A stretch of DNA of 60,628 nucleotides, the filler included, from Porpidia crustulata (lineage: Eukaryota): assembly GCA_964255105.1 (NCBI GenBank). It is 14 parts of 14 records of this genome, joined end to end, with 100 filler letters (N's around TTAATTAATTAA, not from the genome) between each part and the next. Parts side by side here need not be neighbours in the genome. Positions count along the whole stretch, not along the records: positions 56,408 to 60,628 come from CAXUWE010002125.1; 13 more parts are not named here. One strand, written 5' to 3'. Made by a program: the position numbers and the translations under genes. Positions 60,604 through 60,628 of the stretch are shown piece after piece. A model generated the notes under the pieces. The model did no database searches. It saw only the letters and a list, made by a program, of their open reading frames with translations, and was not told where the DNA came from. Each line of letters opens with the position of its first letter. Position 1 is the first letter of the stretch.

Positions 60604-60628
60604 GCAATTGGTCAACATGAAGCATTTA

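Overview
This is not one locus. The window is 14 separate contigs of about 4.2 kb (lengths fall from 4268 to 4221 bp), joined by 13 identical artificial 100-bp linkers (N44-TTAATTAATTAA-N44), so gene neighbourhood is meaningful only within a contig. The DNA comes from a filamentous ascomycete (Pezizomycotina): GT-AG introns with CTRAC branch sites and fungal gene families. A lichen-forming lineage is a guess only. Recognisable genes: FunK1-type kinase, MCT-type MFS transporter divergent from arsH, HAD hydrolase, SDO1, RPS18, PTH11-like membrane protein, F-box protein, PAL1, MED31, RPC11 (3' part, missed by the ORF track), APP1-like phosphatase, PMT4, Ldb19-like arrestin, purine nucleoside permease, OPT transporter, histidine acid phosphatase and several secreted or hypothetical proteins. 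Mobile DNA: a solo LTR with a perfect 5-bp target-site duplication, a dead pogo/Fot1 transposase with its terminus, and a second pogo-type terminus. I cannot support a claim of a complete new biological system. The best leads are a PD-(D/E)xK nuclease-like module in the intronless kinase beside a thaumatin pseudogene, an ArsH with a possible mitochondrial presequence, a repeated motif inserted into a HAD hydrolase, an uncharacterised ~100-aa domain present as intact and decayed copies, and recurrent C-rich-to-G-rich skew switches that coincide with gene 3' halves and contig breaks.
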